DNA of 32,000 bases from the NCBI RefSeq assembly GCF_003367075.2, contig NZ_CP065936.1:210001-242000 (forward strand), read 5' to 3'. Numbering within the stretch: the first letter of the stretch is position 1; every line of letters begins with the position of its first letter. The notes under the pieces are model-generated. The model made no database searches. It saw nothing but the letters and a program-made list of their open reading frames with translations, and was not told where the DNA came from. Origin of the DNA: Cylindrospermopsis raciborskii Cr2010 (lineage in GTDB: Bacteria; Cyanobacteriota; Cyanobacteriia; Cyanobacteriales; Nostocaceae). Made by a program: the position numbers and the translations under genes. This document shows, one piece after another, positions 27,401 through 32,000 of this stretch.

Positions 27401-28722
27401 CTAGAAATGCCCACGCTGGACCAACCTTAATTATTGCCCCAACTTCTGTGTGCATGAACTGGGTCGTGGAAGCAAATAAATTTGCCCCTACCCTCAATGT
27501 TATTCAGTTTGGTGCCAACACTCGTGTTAGCGATCGCACTTTATCTGACAAAGATTTAGATGGAGAGGAGACACCAGTTATTTCTAGTCGGCAAAAATTA
27601 TTGGATCAGTTACAACCCTTAGATATGTTGGTATGTAGTTATGGTTTACTGCAACAGGATGATGTGGCTCGAATGCTATCTCAGGTAGAATGGCAAACCA
27701 TAGTTTTAGATGAAGCTCAAGCTATCAAAAACCTCAATACTAAACGTTCCCAAGCTGCAATGGGTCTGAAAGGTAATTTTAAGTTAATTACTACTGGAAC
27801 GCCCATTGAGAACCATTTGGGTGAATTATGGAATTTGTTCCGCTTTATTAATCCTGGGTTATTGGGTTCTTTTGATAGCTTTAATCAGCGGTTTTCTACA
27901 CCAATTGAAAAACATCAGGACAAACAAGCCAGAAATAAACTGAAAAAACTGATTCAGCCATTTTTGCTGCGGCGGACAAAAAGTCAAGTGTTGCAAGAGT
28001 TACCTTCTCGTACGGAAATTCTCCTTCATGTAGAATTGAGTCGGGAGGAAAAGGTGTTCTATGAAGCTTTACGTCGTCAAGCCATTTCTAAACTGAATGA
28101 AAGTGATGCAGATCCGGGTAAAAAGCATTTGCAGGTTCTGGCAGAAATTATGAGACTACGTCGCGCTTGCTGTAATCCCAGTTTGGTTATGCCTAATACT
28201 GATTTATCTAGTTCTAAATTACAGCTGCTAGGTGAGGTGCTGGCGGAACTGCTGGAAAATCATCATAAAGCATTAGTATTTAGTCAGTTTGTAGATCATT
28301 TGCACATCATCCGTAATTATCTGGAGAGCAAAAGTATTAAATATCAATATTTAGATGGTAGTACGCCTATGGCGGAAAGGAAAAGAAGTGTGGACAGTTT
28401 TCAAGCTGGAGATGGGGATATATTTCTCATTAGCTTGAAAGCAGGAGGTACAGGATTAAATTTGACAGCTGCTGATTATGTAATTCACACAGATCCCTGG
28501 TGGAATCCAGCTGTTGAAGATCAGGCTTCTGACCGCGCCCACCGGATTGGACAGCAACGCCCTGTTACTATTTATAGGCTAGTAGCAAAGGATACTATTG
28601 AAGATAAAATTGTAGAACTACACCATCATAAGCGAGATTTGGCGGATACTTTATTGGAGGGTACTGATATGAGTGGTAAGATTTCCATGGAGGCTCTATT
28701 ACAATTGATTAATGATAGTTAA
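24439..28722 (+). CDS. Large SNF2-family helicase-like ATPase with N-terminal winged-helix/TPR-like region
   Basis: 1427 aa. Core motifs: LRDYQMEGFCWLARL, LADQMGLGKTVQALAVI, VLDEAQAIKN, TGTPIENHLGELWNLFRF, LSLKAGGTGLNLTAADYVIHTDPWWNPAVEDQASDRAHRIGQQRPV. The N-terminal ~500 aa are helical with a wHTH-like LNRQIDSLAQQDLVVQGPKGIVECHPLIKE. Confidence 0.92.
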   Translation: MTDHRSSTKNKQADLLETYLKLSPAYQNILQVLSIIYEKIDKSSILPCLVSASLSDERNVPWNTRSLNRQIDSLAQQDLVVQGPKGIVECHPLIKEGVIRHAIETEIFEILVTAIEEKLPIRNAYIKGRRNFTNLHQCVREIRIGIYRGDTDFVYKQIDDYHHLKGEYESTKKLISYVSEEVCNNPFDPTWFVKLPPELYEIFMTNILFNSVLNLSNCQEVFSLLEEECENSGKHSSNHTYSILIEQFLLRACTEEAEESLKDMTDISIGQKNGFWGWLSFLQGKNDQAIQYYSDGLETQRKMIGKRQVYFNSITGLFFILALLKEGSPKSLSKAEEYANLLSQSSNFLSLIYKNLTVVLQVHQGNINAKKTLLQEANFASLKGKNSLELLFYSLCIYWLDIEVARKLLPKVLQKLYSSAVFAGYHWLAIEAANLLARIDPNSNYQIRAQTLQEYTNIQTIVDILQPQEEWEIRLQALAGMQKESQTINQSDTGTRLVWLVKFDSGKCSLQPKEQKNSVKGEWSKGRQIALKRLSTNLSELNYITLQDVKVCSCIEASNYRISYNKPEYQFNERAILALIGHPLVFWEDAPNIRVEIVKGEMEFLVKKDDQDHLTIELSPKITTDNITCIKETPTRIKVIEITPEHRRMGEILGYENKLTVPRMAEKKILAAINAVSGIVTVHSDIGENVEGIEELPAQTLPYVHLLPTNTGLKVSLLSHPFTEGGPYFHPGIGGERVIAEIGGKRLQTRRNLSQEKELSQHVIHNCPTLISVNEQGSEWVIEDPDNCLELLLELQALKDKIVVEWPQGEKMRVSYHADLKDFNLSIERQKDWFAATGELKLSEDLVLDMEQLLQLLEKTPGRFIPMGDGEFLALSEVFRKQLDELQLFSEKHGKKLMFHPLAASNLEEFVDNVGNLKADKHWKQHISRLKEVQSLQPELPSTFQAELRDYQMEGFCWLARLAHWGVGACLADQMGLGKTVQALAVITRNAHAGPTLIIAPTSVCMNWVVEANKFAPTLNVIQFGANTRVSDRTLSDKDLDGEETPVISSRQKLLDQLQPLDMLVCSYGLLQQDDVARMLSQVEWQTIVLDEAQAIKNLNTKRSQAAMGLKGNFKLITTGTPIENHLGELWNLFRFINPGLLGSFDSFNQRFSTPIEKHQDKQARNKLKKLIQPFLLRRTKSQVLQELPSRTEILLHVELSREEKVFYEALRRQAISKLNESDADPGKKHLQVLAEIMRLRRACCNPSLVMPNTDLSSSKLQLLGEVLAELLENHHKALVFSQFVDHLHIIRNYLESKSIKYQYLDGSTPMAERKRSVDSFQAGDGDIFLISLKAGGTGLNLTAADYVIHTDPWWNPAVEDQASDRAHRIGQQRPVTIYRLVAKDTIEDKIVELHHHKRDLADTLLEGTDMSGKISMEALLQLINDS

Positions 28723-28748
28723 GTAATCCTTTTTATTAGCCAAAACAG

Positions 28749-29333
28749 ATGATTGTAGCCAAGGACCAAACCCCTTACCTGACTCCAGAGGAGTATTTCA
28801 CCTGGGAGTCCACCCAACCGGAAAAATACGAATATATCGATGGTCAAGTTTATGCCATGGGTGGTGGTAGTATCAATCACGGTCGGATCTCTATACGCTT
28901 TACTTCTATGCTAGACAGTTACCTAGAAGACACCGGGTGTATTACTGGCAATTCCGATATCAAAGTGAATATTTTGGGTAGTAATAACTATACTTACCCA
29001 GATATCAGTGTTACCTGTGATGATAGAGATAAAGCTAATACTCAATATATTACCTACCCCTGTCTTATTATTGAAGTTTTATCCCCCAGTACGGAAGCAT
29101 ACGATAGGGGTGGCAAGTTCCGAATGTACCGCAAAAACCCAGCTTTGATAGATTATCTTCTAGTTAGTTCTACTAGTATGGAAGTTGATCTTTATCACAA
29201 AAATGACAGAGGTGACTGGTTGATTATTAACTACAAACCGGGGGAAGTTATTGAACTGCAAAGTATTAACTTCAATTTTCCTATTGACCAGGTCTACCGG
29301 GGTTTAGATTTGACTAAACAATGTTATTTCTAA
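28749..29333 (+). CDS. Uma2 family (PD-(D/E)XK-like) endonuclease-like protein
   Basis: 194 aa. LTPEEYFTWESTQPEKYEYIDGQVYAMGGGSINHGRIS, YPDISVTCDDRD, YPCLIIEVLSPSTEAYDRGGKFRMYRKNPALIDYLLV. Confidence 0.9.
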   Translation: MIVAKDQTPYLTPEEYFTWESTQPEKYEYIDGQVYAMGGGSINHGRISIRFTSMLDSYLEDTGCITGNSDIKVNILGSNNYTYPDISVTCDDRDKANTQYITYPCLIIEVLSPSTEAYDRGGKFRMYRKNPALIDYLLVSSTSMEVDLYHKNDRGDWLIINYKPGEVIELQSINFNFPIDQVYRGLDLTKQCYF

Positions 29334-30268
29334 ATAGCTCTCTTAAAGATATCATTGTAGGCTTGATAAACACCTTTAACGTTGTACCAGTTAAGAAAGA
29401 TTCTGGCTATTTCTAAAGCAAGCTGTGGTTTACCTAAATTAATTAACCACTGCAACAGGGGAGCCATTGTCTTTTCGTTTAATAGCCCGTTCAAGGATAG
29501 TATTCCCCATAGCAATCGGTGAAAGAACGTCATTTGAATCATCATTTTCACTTCCCAAGTGGGATGTTTCTGATAAAACAAAACCCCCATTTTTCCCCTT
29601 TGAATTTCCTTGTCAATTAAATTGTGAATTTGTTGCAAACTAAAGGGTGGGTGCCAATGATAACCTACTGCTTGGGGACATTTGATTAGTTGTAAACCCA
29701 GTTTTTTTAACCTCACACCTAATTCTAAATCCTCCCAACCATATAACTGGAAACCTGTGTCAAACAAACCTGCTTTCTCTAACCAGTGTTTGGGAATTGC
29801 TACATTACCCGTGGCAAAAAAAGCTGCGGAAAAATCTGTGATTTTATAGGGTTCGGCGGTGGGATCCTCAAAATTACAAGTGTTAATTACCGCACCATAG
29901 GTAAATAGGCGATCGCCGCCCAGTCTTTTTTTCCCCTGAGTTAAAGCATCACTATGAGCCTCTAAGAAGTTCTCTAGAACTACTAAATCGCTGTCAATAA
30001 AAATAATTGTATCCCCCATGGAATTTTGCACTCCTAAGTTTCGTGCTGCTGCTGGACCTGCATGATCCTGTTGAAAGCAGCGAACATGGGGAAATAGATC
30101 TTGATGTTTTGCTAACCAGTCCAAAGTGCCATCGGTGGATCCATCATCCACCAAAACTACTTCGTAACCTGTGACTTGACTGGTGTAACTCTGGTTTTCT
30201 AAAGCGGTAAGACACTTTTGTAAAATCGGTAGTCGGTTGTAAGTGGGAATAATAACACTAAAGAACAC
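29330..30268 (-). CDS. Glycosyltransferase family 2
   Basis: 312 aa. SVIIPTYNRLPILQKCLTAL, YEVVLVDDGSTDGTLDWL, GPAAARNLGVQNSMGDTIIFIDSDLV, GWEDLELGVRL. Confidence 0.92.
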   Translation of the reverse strand: MFFSVIIPTYNRLPILQKCLTALENQSYTSQVTGYEVVLVDDGSTDGTLDWLAKHQDLFPHVRCFQQDHAGPAAARNLGVQNSMGDTIIFIDSDLVVLENFLEAHSDALTQGKKRLGGDRLFTYGAVINTCNFEDPTAEPYKITDFSAAFFATGNVAIPKHWLEKAGLFDTGFQLYGWEDLELGVRLKKLGLQLIKCPQAVGYHWHPPFSLQQIHNLIDKEIQRGKMGVLFYQKHPTWEVKMMIQMTFFHRLLWGILSLNGLLNEKTMAPLLQWLINLGKPQLALEIARIFLNWYNVKGVYQAYNDIFKRAI

Positions 30269-30412
30269 TATTTCACCTAGAATGTGATTTTAATGGCAAC
30301 CAAAGTCAGGGTTTGTTGATGGACAATAAACGCTCTAATTATAGTAAATTGTATACTAAAATAGCAATGTTTTAAGAATCATCAATCAATGTTGTTCTAA
30401 CTGGAGAAATTA

Positions 30413-31615
30413 ATGGGTCGCGCCAAAAAGGTTGTTTTAGCATACTCCGGTGGGGTAGACACCTCCGTTTGTATCCCCTACCTGCAACACGAGTGGGGAG
30501 TGGAAGAAGTTATTACCCTAGCAGCAGATTTAGGTCAGGGAGACGAATTAGAGCCAGTCAAAGAAAAGGCCTTAAAATCCGGTGCCAGTGAATCCTTGGT
30601 AGCAGATGTTAAAGAAAGTTTTGTCCAAGACTACGCATTTCCCGCGATTCAAGCTAATGCTCTCTATGAAAATCGCTATCCTCTGGGAACAGCTCTCGCT
30701 AGACCATTAATTGCTAAGGTACTAGTAGAAACTGCCCAAAACTATGGTGCAGATGCGATCGCTCATGGTTGTACTGGCAAAGGTAATGATCAAGTTCGCT
30801 TTGATGTTTCCTGCACTGCACTGAACCCCAAGTTAAAGATTCTGGCACCTGCTAGAGAATGGGGAATGAGTAGGGAACAAACCATTGCCTACGGTGAAAA
30901 ATTCGGTATTCCAGCACCTGTGAAAAAATCCTCCCCCTATAGTATTGACAAAAATCTACTGGGTCGGAGTATAGAAGCTGGTATATTAGAAGACCCGGCT
31001 AATGAACCGCCCGAGGAAATTTATGAAATGACTAAAGCCGTAGCTGATGCTCCCAATGAACCGGAATATCTGGAAATTGGCTTTGAAAAGGGCATTCCCG
31101 TTGCTATTAATGGAACTGTCAAAACACCAGTACAGCTAATTCAAGAAATCAACACCATAGTTGGCAATCATGGTATTGGACGTATTGATATGATTGAAAA
31201 TAGACTGGTGGGAATTAAATCGCGGGAAATTTATGAATCACCAGCTATGGTGGTATTAATCAATGCTCATCGAGATTTAGAAAGTCTGACTCTGACTGCT
31301 GATGTGACACAGTACAAGCGTGGTCTTGAAGAAACTTATACTAAGCTCGTATATAATGGACTTTGGTATAGTCCATTAAAAAATGCTATAGATGCTTTTA
31401 TACAGCAAACACAAATCCGAGTTTCTGGAGTAGTACGTCTAAAACTGTTTAAGGGCAATGCTACTATAGTGGGACGTTGGAGTGAAAATACTCTGTATAC
31501 ACCAGATTTAGCAACTTACGGCGCGGAGGATCAATTTGATCACAAAGCTGCGGAAGGATTCATTTATGTTTGGGGTTTACCAACCCGAATTTGGGCCCAA
31601 TACAATAGGGATTAG
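30413..31615 (+). CDS. argG: Argininosuccinate synthase
   Basis: 400 aa. [73 protein letters not shown](G)AAATTAATG context at the start. Confidence 0.97.
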   Translation: MGRAKKVVLAYSGGVDTSVCIPYLQHEWGVEEVITLAADLGQGDELEPVKEKALKSGASESLVADVKESFVQDYAFPAIQANALYENRYPLGTALARPLIAKVLVETAQNYGADAIAHGCTGKGNDQVRFDVSCTALNPKLKILAPAREWGMSREQTIAYGEKFGIPAPVKKSSPYSIDKNLLGRSIEAGILEDPANEPPEEIYEMTKAVADAPNEPEYLEIGFEKGIPVAINGTVKTPVQLIQEINTIVGNHGIGRIDMIENRLVGIKSREIYESPAMVVLINAHRDLESLTLTADVTQYKRGLEETYTKLVYNGLWYSPLKNAIDAFIQQTQIRVSGVVRLKLFKGNATIVGRWSENTLYTPDLATYGAEDQFDHKAAEGFIYVWGLPTRIWAQYNRD

Positions 31616-31628
31616 TAAATAGGACAGC

Positions 31629-31658
31629 AGGTGATAGAGATATAATCTCCCATCACCT
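31629..31658. terminator. Hairpin between convergent argG and the DedA-like gene
   Basis: AGGTGAT-A-GAGAT-ATA-ATCTC-CC-ATCACCT: two stacked stems between stop codons at 31615 and 31665. No T-run. Confidence 0.45.
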
Positions 31659-31664
31659 TGTTGC

Positions 31665-32000
31665 CTACTCGCCTAAATGTTTAACTTGACGTGACTCCCA
31701 CCAAATGGGGAGTACAATCACTAAAACCAGTATCAGTAAAGCCAATAGGGCAAACTGACTCACCCAAGCCACCAACTGTTCTAAAGAAACTATTTTCCCA
31801 GCAAAAAATGCTAGGGTGACCATTATACTGGCCCAAGCGGAAGCACCAGCTAAGTTATATACTAAAAATTTGCCAAATGGCATTTCCGCAATACCAGCTA
31901 AGGGGGAAGCGAAAATCCTCAATAAGGCAAAAAATCTACCAAAAAACACGGTTTTACCAGCATTTTCACTAAATTGATCTTTAATACTAACTAGTCGCTC
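31665..32000 (-). CDS. DedA/VTT-domain membrane protein, C-terminal part (5' end beyond the window)
   Basis: The minus frame stays open to base 32000 (ERLVSIKDQFSENAGKTVFFGRFFALLRIFASPLAGIAEMPFGKFLVYNLAGASAWA...). Family signature: GGKTVFxGRFxPxxRxFxPxxAG-type. The listed start at 31949 is an internal GTG. Confidence 0.85.
   Translation of the reverse strand, partial: ERLVSIKDQFSENAGKTVFFGRFFALLRIFASPLAGIAEMPFGKFLVYNLAGASAWASIMVTLAFFAGKIVSLEQLVAWVSQFALLALLILVLVIVLPIWWESRQVKHLGE

Noticed and set aside
30344-30356. NtcA-like site GTAAATTGTATAC upstream of argG
   Set aside because: Spacing is GTA-N7-TAC, whereas the NtcA consensus requires GTA-N8-TAC. It is not reported as a regulatory site.
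31665-31949. Treating the 94-aa ORF as a complete small membrane protein
   Set aside because: The frame is open to the window edge and the upstream residues match the DedA/VTT family, so it is a truncated larger gene.
1-32000. CRISPR arrays, tRNA/rRNA genes, prophage, toxin-antitoxin or canonical restriction-modification operons
   Set aside because: Nothing recognisable: no regularly spaced repeats, no tRNA-like cloverleaf noticed, no transposase/integrase/phage structural motifs, no methyltransferase motifs. The SNF2-Uma2 pair is the only candidate and remains speculative.

Overview
This 32 kb window looks like a chromosomal segment of a filamentous, heterocystous-type cyanobacterium. The basis is moderate-to-low GC, at least 15 HIP1 octamers (GCGATCGC), and typical cyanobacterial gene families. 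Most of it is housekeeping: the clpC 3' end, a PMT-family glycosyltransferase, fused pabA-pabB, an aldo/keto reductase, a DUF4336-like protein, a LapA-like protein, a phosphoglucomutase/phosphomannomutase, a beta-propeller plus transglutaminase protein, a P-type Ca2+-type ATPase, recF, a VOC protein, purH, recG, a conserved unknown, tsf, rpsB, sucrose-phosphate phosphatase, a large SNF2-family ATPase, an Uma2-family nuclease-like protein, GT2, argG and the C-terminal part of a DedA/VTT protein. I saw no rRNA, tRNA, CRISPR array, complete transposon or prophage. I do not see a self-evident new multigene system. The observations most worth a second look are: (1) two interleaved perfect 8-bp complementary pairs directly abutting the rpsB Shine-Dalgarno, consistent with an H-type pseudoknot autoregulatory leader; (2) a 1427-aa SNF2 protein whose N-terminal half looks like a winged-helix plus TPR sensor-type region, with an Uma2 gene 26 bp downstream; (3) a TerB-like domain fused to an unrecognised C-terminal domain next to clpC; (4) a twin-hairpin palindromic element bracketed by a perfect 21-bp direct repeat, with a half copy 4.4 kb away. 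All calls come from reading motifs; no database search was run.
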